From Planctomycetota bacterium (GTDB lineage Bacteria; Planctomycetota; UBA11346): a stretch of 64,000 bases of DNA. A model generated the notes under the pieces. The model had not been told where the DNA came from, ran no database searches, and saw only the letters and a list, made by a program, of their open reading frames with translations. The position numbers and the translations under genes were made by a program. Of this stretch, positions 42,545 through 52,561 are shown one piece after another (position 1 is the first letter of the stretch; the number at the start of each line of letters is the position of its first letter). Where the stretch lies: the NCBI GenBank assembly GCA_038231435.1, contig JBBRLJ010000009.1:59683-123682 (forward strand), in the 5' to 3' direction.

Positions 42545-43932
42545 TGAGGAGCGCCATGACCATGCATCCCGTTTCGCCTCTCCTCGATCGCGCCTTGGAG
42601 CCTGCACGCCATCGACGTGCGCACCGCGCCTTCACGCTGGTCGAACTGCTGATCGTGATCGCGGTGATCATGGTGCTGGCGGGCCTGACGCTGTCGCTCG
42701 TCTCCACCCTGCGCTTCAAGGCGCGCGCGCTCGATACGCTCCATCGCATGGAGACGGTCATGAACGCCCTGGCGTCCTACGGACAATCCGAAGGCAGCGC
42801 AGCGTCAGCCTTCCAGACTGCCTTGCCGCTGGGCGGTGTGGTGAAGTTCTCGTCGATGCTGGTGATCTCGGACATCATCACCGCTGGCGGCGGCGGACGC
42901 GCGCTGCCGCCGCTCCTGGTGAAGCCGACTTCAAGCGGCATCGCCTGGTCGACCTCAGGCGATGAGAGCTACCAGCAGCAGCCGATGTGGAAAAACGTCT
43001 TCGATGTGCTGCCGGCGTCCTCGGGAAACGTGAGCGCGAGCTACTACGAGGACACCTGGAAGTACCAATGGCTGGAGTCCGACTGGTACAAGACCCCACC
43101 CGGGGCGGTTCCGCCGATCCTGCGGTTTCCCTGGGGAAAACCCGGGCTCTGCCTCAACGGCGCGATCTGCGATCCCGCGTCGCCGGCGTCGACGGTGATC
43201 GGCAAGCAGATCGAATACAGCGACTTCGTCTCGTGGCAGAACAGCACCGGCGGCATCGCCGTCCCGATCATCAACAGCTGGGTGACGCTGGGCTCCAGTG
43301 GCGGCGGTGCGAAGCTGCAGTTCACCACCGCCGACGGCAGCCAGGATGCGCCGGTAGTGTCGCCGGTCACCGCCGTCCGCTCCGACGGCACCACGGTGAG
43401 CGTCGACGCCAACCAGCCACCGCCGTTCGATCTCGGTTACTTGTCACCGCTGATGACCATCGAGTTGCTCAAGATCGCCGAGATCCTTCCCGCGGATGGC
43501 GACTCCGTGTACCGCGCCGACCGCAAACCCTCGCGCCAGTGGAATGACGCCTGGGGCAATCCGCTGGTGGTGGCCTACGCGCTGTTCCAGCCGGAACGAT
43601 TCCAGCGCATCTATGACGGCCAGAATCACCGCCACCTGCTGCTGAACTCGGCTACCGCCGCCTATCAGTACAACCGCTCGATGTATCTATCCGTTGGCGC
43701 CATCGGTCCCGAGCGCGGGGCGTTGGCGCCGCGCATCGCCGACCTGGCGACATCCGGATCCAGCGCGGCTGACCACGCCGACCTGGCGCCGATCTGGCAA
43801 CAGGTGTGCGACACCTGCGGGGCCGCGCGCTGGACCGAGCACGCCTTCGCCAGTCCACCCTGGAAGGACGTCGCGAAAGGGGTGAAGAACGGCATGCGTT
43901 CATTCCTCACCGCTCCCATCGAAGTCAGGTAG
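42544..43932 (+). CDS. Prepilin-type protein (PilE/GspG-like)
   Basis: 'RA|FTLVELLIVIAVI' and GspG-like 'DAWGNPL'; TGATG coupling with the previous gene. Confidence 0.83.
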   Translation: MRSAMTMHPVSPLLDRALEPARHRRAHRAFTLVELLIVIAVIMVLAGLTLSLVSTLRFKARALDTLHRMETVMNALASYGQSEGSAASAFQTALPLGGVVKFSSMLVISDIITAGGGGRALPPLLVKPTSSGIAWSTSGDESYQQQPMWKNVFDVLPASSGNVSASYYEDTWKYQWLESDWYKTPPGAVPPILRFPWGKPGLCLNGAICDPASPASTVIGKQIEYSDFVSWQNSTGGIAVPIINSWVTLGSSGGGAKLQFTTADGSQDAPVVSPVTAVRSDGTTVSVDANQPPPFDLGYLSPLMTIELLKIAEILPADGDSVYRADRKPSRQWNDAWGNPLVVAYALFQPERFQRIYDGQNHRHLLLNSATAAYQYNRSMYLSVGAIGPERGALAPRIADLATSGSSAADHADLAPIWQQVCDTCGAARWTEHAFASPPWKDVAKGVKNGMRSFLTAPIEVR

Positions 43933-44048
43933 CTTCCCAGCCGAGGTCGTCCGGGCCAAGACCATCCTGACGCACACGGGTAGGTCCGACGACGGACGGT
44001 TGATTTCGTAAACGGTCGTACACAATGCCCCGCACAAGGGGACCATCC

Positions 44049-44711
44049 ATGCGCGCCATCGCCGCCGCCATCGCCATCATCGCCTCGACCGCCAGCAGCG
44101 CCACGGCGGCCGATATCGAGATCCACGACCTGCGCGCCGAACTCGGCGTCACCCCCGGCCCGCGCAGCATCGACGAGGATTACACCGCCGGCACCGGGTC
44201 GACGCGCCCGACCGGCAGCGCGAGCTACAAATCCAACGCCTCGCCCTGCATCGACCTCTACGTCGGCTTCGCTGGCGGCACGCTCCACGACCATGGCTTC
44301 GTGTACGGCTTCGGTCTCGATGCCGCGCGCGGCCAGATCAATCCCCGCTTCACCGGCAGCGGCGCGTTGAGCTACGCGACGCTCCTGCCGGAATTGCGCG
44401 TCGGCTACGGCTACGCGTTCAACACCTCATTCCATATCGAGGTCACGCCCTTCCTCGGCTACGGCTTGGCCGCGACCGAGTGGAGCGACAACGGCTCCAA
44501 GACCACCGGCTATGGCACCGCGCTGGTGTACGGCGTGCTCGTCGGCGGCTACGCGCGCATGGGCGAAGGCTGGTCGCTCGGCGGCAACGCCGGCTTCCAG
44601 GGCGGAATGGCCAATGTCAGCGTCACCAACGACCAAACCCACGGCCAGAGCGATCTCACCCTCCAGTCCGGTGGCCTGGTGGCGCACATCGGCGTCGGCT
44701 ACCAGTTCTGA
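44049..44711 (+). CDS. Outer-membrane beta-barrel protein
   Basis: Signal peptide, alternating Gly/aromatic strands, C-terminal 'IGVGYQF' Bam-type motif. Confidence 0.78.
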   Translation: MRAIAAAIAIIASTASSATAADIEIHDLRAELGVTPGPRSIDEDYTAGTGSTRPTGSASYKSNASPCIDLYVGFAGGTLHDHGFVYGFGLDAARGQINPRFTGSGALSYATLLPELRVGYGYAFNTSFHIEVTPFLGYGLAATEWSDNGSKTTGYGTALVYGVLVGGYARMGEGWSLGGNAGFQGGMANVSVTNDQTHGQSDLTLQSGGLVAHIGVGYQF

Positions 44712-44766
44712 CCGGCCAGAGAGACGCGCGCGCTTGAGCCCGGTATGGACGCGGCAATCTCCTGCC

Positions 44767-45258
44767 ATGCCCTTGCAGATCCGTGACGCGGCGGCAGCCG
44801 ACGCTGGCGCCATCAACGATATCTACAACCACTACGTGACGCATTCGACGAGCACCTATCAGCTCGATCCTGACGACCTCGATTCGCGATGGCGCTGGCT
44901 CGCTGGGCATGGCTCGCGTCATCCGGTCACGGTGTGCGAATGCGACGGAGAGATCCTCGGCTGGGCCTCGCTCAGCCCATTCCGGCCGCGCGAGGCCTTC
45001 GCGCTCTCGGTCGAAAACAGCGTGTATGTGCGCCATGACCGGCAGCGTCGTGGCGTCGGTCGCGCGCTGATGGTCGATCTGATCGCGCGCGCGCGCGCGT
45101 TGGGATACCACACCATCGTCGCGGGCGTCTCCGCCGATCAGGAGCCGAGCCTGATCATGCATCGCGAACTCGGTTTCCTCGAGGTCGCGCGGCTGCGCGA
45201 GGTCGGGCGCAAATTCGATCGCTGGCTCGATCTGACCTATCTGCAGCTCATGCTCTGA
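44767..45258 (+). CDS. GNAT acetyltransferase, phosphinothricin/YncA(MnaT)-like
   Basis: 'IYNHYV..ST', 'VENSVYV', 'RRGVGR', 'H..LGF', 'VGRKFDRWLD'. Confidence 0.9.
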   Translation: MPLQIRDAAAADAGAINDIYNHYVTHSTSTYQLDPDDLDSRWRWLAGHGSRHPVTVCECDGEILGWASLSPFRPREAFALSVENSVYVRHDRQRRGVGRALMVDLIARARALGYHTIVAGVSADQEPSLIMHRELGFLEVARLREVGRKFDRWLDLTYLQLML

Positions 45259-45270
45259 CTGTTATTTTTC

Positions 45271-45430
45271 AGGGGCTGCGCCCCTACGGCCTGACGGCCT
45301 ACCCCACGGGCTTTGTCGCGGCTTTTTTTCGCCGTGACGGCGAAAAAATCGGCGGATGGCTGCGCCATTGTTTCCGCCGACCGCTGCTCGGCGCCCGGTC
45401 GCTAGCGCTCCGGGTGACAGGGGTCGCCCG
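45271..45430 (+). repeat. Structured 3'-UTR repeat, copy B (after GNAT stop)
   Basis: Shares a nearly identical ~50-nt head with copy A and the same hairpin order. Confidence 0.75.
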
Positions 45431-45493
45431 GCCCAGAACTTGGGATTACGTGGTGCATGCACTCGCCGAAGGCTATGGTAGGAACTACTCGTC

Positions 45494-46909
45494 ATGGCCC
45501 TCAGCCTGCGTTGCGTTTCATGCGACCACGATTATTCCGGCGAGGACGCACGCACCCCCTGCCCGCGCTGCGGCAAGCCCGCCACGGATTCATACCGGCC
45601 CGCTCCAGCGCGCGCGCGCGCCCGCGCCAGCGATGGTACTATTGGTGAAGGAAGCGGCAGCGGCGCAGCCGCAATCGAGGCGCCAACCAAGGATCCGTCG
45701 ACCTCGGCCAGGCATCTCGAGCCGGGTCCAGGGACCATGGTCAACGGCTATCGACTCGAGGAACGCGTCGGGGACGGCGCCACCTCGGCGGTCTACCGGG
45801 CGATCGATCCCAAGAACGACGCCAAGGTCGCGGTCAAGATGCTCTCGGCGAAGGATTCCGGAGATCACGAAGCACTCGAGCGTTTCAGCCGCGAGGCGCG
45901 ACTGGCCCGTCGCATCAAGCATCCCAACCTCGTCCATGTCCACGACAGCGGCGTCGACGACCAGACCGGCAGGCACTACCTGGTCATGGATCTGGTCGAG
46001 GGCGAAACGCTCGCCGAGATGATCGAGCGTGAGCGCCGCCTCGGCTGGCGGCAAGCACTCGAGTTCGTCTATCAGATCGCGCAGGCAGTCGATCTGCTGC
46101 GCCGCCACGGCTGCGTCCACCGCGACATCAAGCCCGCCAACATCCTCATCGCCGATGGCGTCGCCAAACTCACCGATCTCGGCTTCGTGAAGCCGGTGAG
46201 CGAGAGCCCGAACGACCGCGACGCACTGATCATGGGTACGCCTGCCTACATGGCGCCCGAACAGACCGTCGATGCGCGCGAGGCGACCCATGCGGCGGAC
46301 GTGTACGCGCTCGGGGCTACGCTCTACCACGCTCTGACCGGCCAGGCGCCCTTCGGCGGCGGGACCGCTGATCAGATCATGGCCAAGGTCCAGCGCGAGA
46401 CCCCGACTCCGCCGCGCGTCCTGGTGCCCTCGCTGCCCGAGTCGGTCGAGTTGCTGGTGACGTGGTCGATGGCCAAGGATCCGTCGAAGCGCCCACCGGA
46501 TGCGAATGCATTCTCGCGTTCGATCGGCGTGATCCTCGGCAATCCCGACAACACCGACAACATCAAGCGCGCACGTGCGCGTGTGACCCGTCCGCTCGTG
46601 CAGGTGGTCGTGGTGGTGGTTTCCGCCGGCATCCTCGCTGCTCTGTTCGTGCTGCTCTTGAACCAGGGAACGACAGGCAGGCCGCAGGCACGGCCGATCG
46701 CGCCATTTCCTCCGCGAGACGTTCCACGAGAACCTTCCTCGGAATCGTCCTCTGACACTTCGCGGGACGTACAGCCGGACACTCCGCGGACCCAGCCCGA
46801 GCAGGTGCGTTCGCCGGCCCCTGTCGACCTCCCGCCAGCGAACGCCGATACGCCGGTCACCGCCCCCGAGACGGTTCCGGACAAGCCCGCGACGTCGCCC
46901 GAACCCTGA
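45494..46909 (+). CDS. Hanks-type Ser/Thr kinase with N-terminal Zn ribbon, one TM helix and Pro-rich tail
   Basis: CxxC...CxxC, 'VAVK', 'HRDIKPAN', 'DLG', 'GTPAYMAPE', 'DVYALG'. Confidence 0.93.
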   Translation: MALSLRCVSCDHDYSGEDARTPCPRCGKPATDSYRPAPARARARASDGTIGEGSGSGAAAIEAPTKDPSTSARHLEPGPGTMVNGYRLEERVGDGATSAVYRAIDPKNDAKVAVKMLSAKDSGDHEALERFSREARLARRIKHPNLVHVHDSGVDDQTGRHYLVMDLVEGETLAEMIERERRLGWRQALEFVYQIAQAVDLLRRHGCVHRDIKPANILIADGVAKLTDLGFVKPVSESPNDRDALIMGTPAYMAPEQTVDAREATHAADVYALGATLYHALTGQAPFGGGTADQIMAKVQRETPTPPRVLVPSLPESVELLVTWSMAKDPSKRPPDANAFSRSIGVILGNPDNTDNIKRARARVTRPLVQVVVVVVSAGILAALFVLLLNQGTTGRPQARPIAPFPPRDVPREPSSESSSDTSRDVQPDTPRTQPEQVRSPAPVDLPPANADTPVTAPETVPDKPATSPEP

Positions 46910-46945
46910 TCCTGGCGTGTTGTCGCGCCGACTTCGGCCTCTGCC

Positions 46946-48799
46946 TCAGCCGAATGTCGGCAGCACATAGCCTCCGTCGACCAGCGCCTTCTTCGCCAGG
47001 CCAGTCCTGCTGAAGCGCATGAAGAAGCCCCACGCGCGTCCGCCATTGAGCGCCATCAGCACGGTGATGCGGCGCTTGCCCGCCGTGAGCTTGAGCGGCT
47101 TGACCACGGCGTCCGCGAGCGCGGGATTGGTGCCCTTCATGTCGTGGAGCACCTCGGCGTCGTCGATCCACACCCGGATCGGCCCATCGTAGCCGATGCG
47201 CAGTTCGAGCGCCATGTCCTCGGGCAGATGCATGTCGGTTGAGAAGGAGGCGTGGCCGGCAAGCTCCTTCCAGGTCTCGTGCATGTTGACGAATGTGCCC
47301 ACGAACTCGCGCCGCTCGGCGCCATCGACATCAGCGTCGCCGGGCCGCGGCATGCGTGCGATGTCCTCGGCGGGGCGCACGGCCACCACCCGCCACGAGG
47401 TGAGATAGGCGGTGGCGGCGAGACGATTCTCTATCGGCAGCGGACCGAACACCGGCACCGCCATATCGCGAGCGTCGACGATGTTGGCGTAGGGATTCTC
47501 TCCCTGTCCATACATCACCGAGAGGTCGCCGCGATCCTCGGCGAGAGTGGTTTCAAGGATGACGCGGTCGCCGTCGAGAACCGTCTTGTAGATCGCCGAC
47601 ACCGGTCGCTGCTTGGCGTCAACCACGGCGAAGCCCGACGGCTCGCCCTGGGAACGCAGGCCACCAACCACGTTCGCGAACGTCACCTCGTAGGCGACCT
47701 GGCATATCGGATGGTCCTTGGCCAACAGACGACGCACGCGCACGGGCTCTATTCCCGGCGCCTCGCGCGAGCGGTGCGCGACCAGGTCTGCGACGCGCGC
47801 GAGGCGCACGCCGAGGCGGCGCAGGCCATCGCTGCCGATGTGGATAAGGTCGTCGAGCTGCAGGTCCACCGCCGGCACGCATTCCAAGCGCTTGATCGTG
47901 CGCTTGAGCAGCCGCTGCTGCTCCTGGATCCCATTCCACATCAGCGGCGTCGCATCTTCGCGCACGAAGCGCCCGATCTGGACCATCAGGAAGGGCAGGG
48001 CGCGATCCTTCAGATCGGCGCGGATGGCCGCGACGAGGGCGCGCATGCGTTCGCTGTAGACCTTCACGGGATCCGGGCCGGCGTCGCTCTCACCCTGGTA
48101 CCACAGTACGCCCGCCACCGGTTGCCCGGTCGCGCGGATCGATCTCATCATCGAGCCGTAAAGCGAGCCGCCGCCGAGAGGCTTCTTGGCCGGATCCCAC
48201 TGTTCCATGCTGGTGCCGCCGTGGGCGACGCAGATGAGCCCTTGCGGCACCGAGGTGCGCGCGACCATCTCGGCCCCAAAGGGCACGCCCAGCGTCACGC
48301 CCTTGTTCAATCCAGCTCGCACCCGCGCGGCCTGTTCGCGCGTCACCTGATTCGGGTTGTGCACCGGATCCGGGGATTCCTCCATGACGTGGAGCGGCTC
48401 CTTCGCCACGCCCCAATGTCCATCCATGTAGCAGGCGCGCACCAGCGGATGCGGTCGCGGCGCGCGATCGAGATTGCCAACGCCCTGCATGTTGCTCTGG
48501 CCGGCAAGCACCCATACGTCACCGACATGGACGTCCTTGACCGTGGCGCGGTCGGCGCCGGCCGAGAACGTGATCTTGTAAGGGCCGCCCGTGGGCAACC
48601 CACTCACCTGCGCGGTGAAGCTACCATCGACCGCCGTGCCCACCGTGCGCCGGCTCCAGCCGCGCAACGGACTCGCGCCTCTGGCGACGCTCACGCTCAC
48701 CACACCGCTGCCCGAACAGGTGCCGGCCACGGTCGCCGATGCTCCGCGCTGACGACGCTGAAGGACCTGACCGTCGCTGATTCCGGATTCGATGCGCAT
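46946..48799 (-). CDS. Sialate O-acetylesterase / CE6-like SGNH esterase with C-terminal beta domain
   Basis: 'LAGQSNM', 'GGTS...W', 'WYQGESD', 'DDLIH'. Confidence 0.85.
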   Translation of the reverse strand: MRIESGISDGQVLQRRQRGASATVAGTCSGSGVVSVSVARGASPLRGWSRRTVGTAVDGSFTAQVSGLPTGGPYKITFSAGADRATVKDVHVGDVWVLAGQSNMQGVGNLDRAPRPHPLVRACYMDGHWGVAKEPLHVMEESPDPVHNPNQVTREQAARVRAGLNKGVTLGVPFGAEMVARTSVPQGLICVAHGGTSMEQWDPAKKPLGGGSLYGSMMRSIRATGQPVAGVLWYQGESDAGPDPVKVYSERMRALVAAIRADLKDRALPFLMVQIGRFVREDATPLMWNGIQEQQRLLKRTIKRLECVPAVDLQLDDLIHIGSDGLRRLGVRLARVADLVAHRSREAPGIEPVRVRRLLAKDHPICQVAYEVTFANVVGGLRSQGEPSGFAVVDAKQRPVSAIYKTVLDGDRVILETTLAEDRGDLSVMYGQGENPYANIVDARDMAVPVFGPLPIENRLAATAYLTSWRVVAVRPAEDIARMPRPGDADVDGAERREFVGTFVNMHETWKELAGHASFSTDMHLPEDMALELRIGYDGPIRVWIDDAEVLHDMKGTNPALADAVVKPLKLTAGKRRITVLMALNGGRAWGFFMRFSRTGLAKKALVDGGYVLPTFG

Positions 48800-48962
48800 G
48801 GGACTCCCTGGTTACGACGTGGTTGGCCGCACCGGGCGATGCCGGGCAGTGGCGAGACAGTGACGAGGCAGCTTGTACGACTCACCCGCGGTCACGGAAG
48901 CCCCTGATCGCCAGCGCCGCGGAACGCTTGTGACCTGGCCGCCACGCGCGACAACAACGCCG

Positions 48963-50372
48963 ATGGCCCGCGTCACCAGCTCGGCCTTCCTTCCGGTCAG
49001 CGCCGCCGAGGCCTATGCCTGGCACGCGCGGCCCGGTGCGCTGGCGCGCTTGATCCCGCCCTGGGAACGCGTTCGTCTCGTGCACGCGTCCGATGGCCTC
49101 CGAGATGGAGCCGAAGCCGAGCTGTCGGCCAGGATCGGGCCAGTGCGCATGCGTTGGCTGGCCGTCCATCACGACTGCGTTCCCGGCGATCGGTTCAGCG
49201 ATCGACAGGAGCGCGGACCCTTCGCCGCCTGGGACCATTGCCACCGCTTCGTGACCGACGGCGACGACTGCCGCATCGAGGACACCATCGATTTCCGCAT
49301 GCCGCTCGGCCGACTCGGGCGCGTGCTCGGAGAAGCCGCGGTGGTGCGCCGCCTCGAGCGGATGTTCGCGTGGCGCAAACACCGGATCATCGCCGATCTC
49401 GGCCGCCATCGTACCTTCCGTGAACGGCCACCGATGCGCATCGCCCTGGCTGGAGCGACCGGCTTGGTGGGCTCCCAGCTGTCGGCGTTCCTCACCAGCG
49501 GTGGCCACACGGTGCTGCCGCTGGTCAGGCCCGGTTCGCGCAGCGCCGGCATCGCCTGGGATCCCGAGCGCGGAACCATCGATGCGGACGCGCTCGGTCA
49601 TTGCGACGCCGTGATCCATCTCGGTGGGCACTCCATCGCCGGACGCTGGACCACGCGCCGCCGCCGCGAGATCCTCGATAGCCGGGTGCGCTCGACGCGG
49701 CTGCTGGCTGAGACCCTGGCGAAGGCCGAGCGCAAGCCGGCGGTCCTGGTGGTCGCTTCCGCCATCGGTTGGTACGGGGATCGCGGCGACGACATCGTCG
49801 ACGAATTCAGTCCACACGGGGAGGGTTTCCTCGCCGAGGTCTGTCGTGCATGGGAAGCGGCCTGCGAGCCCGCGCGCCAAGCCGGGATCCGCACCGTCAA
49901 CCTACGCATCGGCATGGTACTCAGTGGCAGCGGCGGTGCGCTGCCCAGCCTGCTCTCTGCGTATCGGCTGGGTCTCGGCGGAGCCTTGGGCACAGGCACC
50001 CAATGGGTGAGCTGGATCGCCCTCGACGACCTGGTCTACGCGATCCATCACGCGCTGATGTCTCCGACCGTCTCTGGAGCGGTCAATGCCGTGTCGCCCG
50101 AGCCCGTGCGGCAGCGCGAGTTCGCCAGACTCCTCGGTGAGGCCCTGCATCGACCCGCGGCCGTACGCACGCCCGCCTGGGCGGTGCGGCTCGCCTTCGG
50201 TCAGATGGGCGTCGACCTCATGCTCGGTGGTTGCCGCGTGGCGTCGCGTCGGCTCGACCAAGAGGTCTTCGCCTTTTCCTGCCCAGACCTCCAACGCGCC
50301 TTCAGATGGGAGCTGGGACTGGGATCCGCCAAGCGCGCGGAGCCTCAGGCTCCGTCGTCTACGCTGCTATGA
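48963..50372 (+). CDS. SRPBCC + TIGR01777 (YfcH-like) NAD-dependent epimerase fusion
   Basis: 'RL.PPWE', 'GPF..W.H.H', 'GATGLVG', 'SAIGWYG', 'GFLAEVC..WE', 'G.QWVSWI..DD'. Confidence 0.9.
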   Translation: MARVTSSAFLPVSAAEAYAWHARPGALARLIPPWERVRLVHASDGLRDGAEAELSARIGPVRMRWLAVHHDCVPGDRFSDRQERGPFAAWDHCHRFVTDGDDCRIEDTIDFRMPLGRLGRVLGEAAVVRRLERMFAWRKHRIIADLGRHRTFRERPPMRIALAGATGLVGSQLSAFLTSGGHTVLPLVRPGSRSAGIAWDPERGTIDADALGHCDAVIHLGGHSIAGRWTTRRRREILDSRVRSTRLLAETLAKAERKPAVLVVASAIGWYGDRGDDIVDEFSPHGEGFLAEVCRAWEAACEPARQAGIRTVNLRIGMVLSGSGGALPSLLSAYRLGLGGALGTGTQWVSWIALDDLVYAIHHALMSPTVSGAVNAVSPEPVRQREFARLLGEALHRPAAVRTPAWAVRLAFGQMGVDLMLGGCRVASRRLDQEVFAFSCPDLQRAFRWELGLGSAKRAEPQAPSSTLL

Positions 50373-50493
50373 CCCGTCTGGGTCGACTCGACAGGTACTG
50401 GGCTGCGATAGGGTCCACATGGCCCTTGCCAGAGGAGGCGATGGCGATAGGTTTTTTTTGACCCTATCAACCATTTCCCCTTCGGAGGTGCCC

Positions 50494-51009
50494 ATGTCGC
50501 TCAACCTGAACTCGGTCACGCTCGCCGGCAACCTGACCCGCAACCCAGAGGTCAAGATGGTCGGCAATGAGCGCACCGTCGCTTCCTTCTCCATCGCCAT
50601 CAACCGTCGCTACAAGGGCGCGGATGGTGAATACAAGGAAGAGGCCACCTTCGTCGACTACGAGGCCTGGGGGCGAACGGCCGAGCTCATCGGCCAGTAC
50701 CTGGTCAAAGGCAGTGGCTGCTTCGTCGAGGGCCGGCTGCGCCTAGATTCCTGGCAAGACAAGGAAGGCGCCAAGAAGAGCCGCCTGAAGGTGGTGGTCG
50801 ATAACGTCCAGTTCCTCGGACGCCCGAAGAATGCGATGGCGGGGGGCGATACCGCGGCGCCTGGGACCGGAGCCGCGGCACCCTCCACGACCAGCGACGA
50901 CGATGCCGTGGCTGACCACCACCGCACGGTGTCCAAGCCAGCCCCGAGGACCCGGGAGCCGGTGAGCGCCTACCCTGCCCCGCTCGAGGACGATCAGCCG
51001 CCCTTCTGA
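50494..51009 (+). CDS. ssb: Single-stranded DNA-binding protein
   Basis: 'LAGNLTRNPE', 'AWGRTAE', 'VEGRL', acidic C-terminal tip 'EDDQPPF'. Confidence 0.95.
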   Translation: MSLNLNSVTLAGNLTRNPEVKMVGNERTVASFSIAINRRYKGADGEYKEEATFVDYEAWGRTAELIGQYLVKGSGCFVEGRLRLDSWQDKEGAKKSRLKVVVDNVQFLGRPKNAMAGGDTAAPGTGAAAPSTTSDDDAVADHHRTVSKPAPRTREPVSAYPAPLEDDQPPF

Positions 51010-51163
51010 ATGACGTCCGGTCTGTTGCGATTCCAATGTCGCGGCGACCCCTGTGGAACCTGCCAATGAATGCGTTGGCAGCCGAGGATTCGAGGCTGCA
51101 TAAGCCTGCATCCTTGCACGCCCGATCGTTCGGGTATGCCTAGTTCCAGCAGGAGATACTCCC

Positions 51164-51436
51164 ATGGCCGAGAAACCGTCATCCAAGAAGATGCCCGCCG
51201 CCCCCGCCGCTAAGAAGGACTCCGGCCCCGCGCCGGCCGTCCAACAGGCCTTCACCAAACCCTCCGCCAATGCCGCGACCTCCGCCGCCCCCGCCAAGAA
51301 GGTCGACGCCAAGGAGCGCTATCGACTGATCGCGGAAGCCGCCTACTACCTCGCCCAAAAGCGCCATTTCGCCCCCGGTCACGAAGTCCAGGATTGGATC
51401 ACCGCGGAGAAACTGGTCGACGCCAAGCTCAAGTGA
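51164..51436 (+). CDS. DUF2934 domain protein
   Basis: AGGAG RBS; Ala/Lys/Pro-rich N-terminus, then 'IAEAAYYLAQKRHF.PG...DW..AE'. Confidence 0.85.
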   Translation: MAEKPSSKKMPAAPAAKKDSGPAPAVQQAFTKPSANAATSAAPAKKVDAKERYRLIAEAAYYLAQKRHFAPGHEVQDWITAEKLVDAKLK

Positions 51437-51440
51437 CTTT

Positions 51441-51787
51441 CAGTTGGGGGGCTACACTGTCAGTTGGGGGGCTACGGCCCCCCCAACATCGCGCTCCGCG
51501 CTGCCCCCCAAGAGGCAGGGATCAGTGAGGGCTGGAGGTGGCCGGAGCGGCACCTGGTGCGATGAACACACCTTGTCGTGAATGAATTCATTCAAAGACC
51601 GAAGGAGCCTTGCTCCTTCGGTCTTTCCATTCATCCATCCATACGCCCGAGCATCGAACTCTGATCTGACCTATGGCGCCGCCCCGGCCGCCACCATCTC
51701 ACCCTGCTCCCTGGCTCCCGGGGGGCAGCGCGGAGCGCGATGTTGGGGGGCCGTAGCCCCCCAACTGAAAGTGTAGCCCCCCAACAG
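51441..51787. repeat. ~350-bp foldback (REPIN/MITE-like) with ~68-bp near-perfect inverted ends
   Basis: 51441-51509 is the near-perfect reverse complement of 51720-51787; imperfect pairing continues ~40 bp inward. Confidence 0.85.
51594..51626. terminator. Probable bidirectional terminator hairpin
   Basis: AAAGACCGAAGGAGC-CTT-GCTCCTTCGGTCTTT, a 15-bp perfect stem between convergent genes. Confidence 0.55.
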
Positions 51788-51791
51788 ACAG

Positions 51792-52400
51792 CTATTTTTT
51801 CATGCCGATCAGCGTGAACAGCTCCAGGCGCGAGGCGGAGTTGTCGAGGAACACGCCGTGCAGTTTGCTGGTGGTGGTCCAGGAGCCGGGCTTCTTCACG
51901 CCGCGGTAGCACATGCAGAAGTGCTGGCACTGCAGGACCACGGCCACGCCCTGGGGCTTGAGCACGTCCTGGATGACGTTGGCGACCTGGGTGGTGAGCT
52001 TCTCCTGCACTTGCAGACGTCGCGCGAAGGCTTCGACCACGCGCGCGAGCTTGGAGAGCCCGACCACCCGCCCGCTGGGGATGTAGCCGACGTGCGCTTT
52101 GCCGACGAAAGGCACCATGTGGTGTTCGCAATGGCTGTGGACCTCGATGTCGCTCACCAGCACCAGCTCGTCGTAACCCTCGACATCTTCGAAGGTCTTC
52201 TCGAGGAACAATCGCGGATCCATGGCGTAACCGGCGAAATGCTCGCCCATCGCCTTGATCACCCGCTTCGGAGTGTCCCTGAGCCCCTCGCGATCCGGAT
52301 CCTCACCGATGTGCTCGAGCAATCCCCGGACATGCGCCATCGCCGCCCGATCCCCGGCGGATCCAGCAGCCAGACGACCACGAGGCTTGGACTTTCTCAT
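51792..52400 (-). CDS. folE: GTP cyclohydrolase I
   Basis: 'GEDPDREGL.DTPKRV', 'SHCEHHMVPF.G', 'GLSKLAR', 'RLQVQE', 'HFCMCYRGV'. Exact start uncertain. Confidence 0.95.
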   Translation of the reverse strand: MRKSKPRGRLAAGSAGDRAAMAHVRGLLEHIGEDPDREGLRDTPKRVIKAMGEHFAGYAMDPRLFLEKTFEDVEGYDELVLVSDIEVHSHCEHHMVPFVGKAHVGYIPSGRVVGLSKLARVVEAFARRLQVQEKLTTQVANVIQDVLKPQGVAVVLQCQHFCMCYRGVKKPGSWTTTSKLHGVFLDNSASRLELFTLIGMKK

Positions 52401-52561
52401 ACCCATCATGCCATCGCCAGGGACCACGGTTTCAAGACCCCCTTCACCGTCCGGAAACCGAGCGCGATCGATCTTCAATGAATTCGAACTGCCGCAGTCT
52501 CATCTCGGCCACGGATTCGCTCGAATCCCCCAGCCCCAACCCCGAAGCGTCCCCGCCTCCA

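Noticed and set aside
34980..44711. tRNA-anchored integrative island carrying the pilin cassette
   Set aside because: No integrase, no duplicated tRNA 3' end found by eye, and no obvious composition shift. A computational att search would be needed to exclude it fully.
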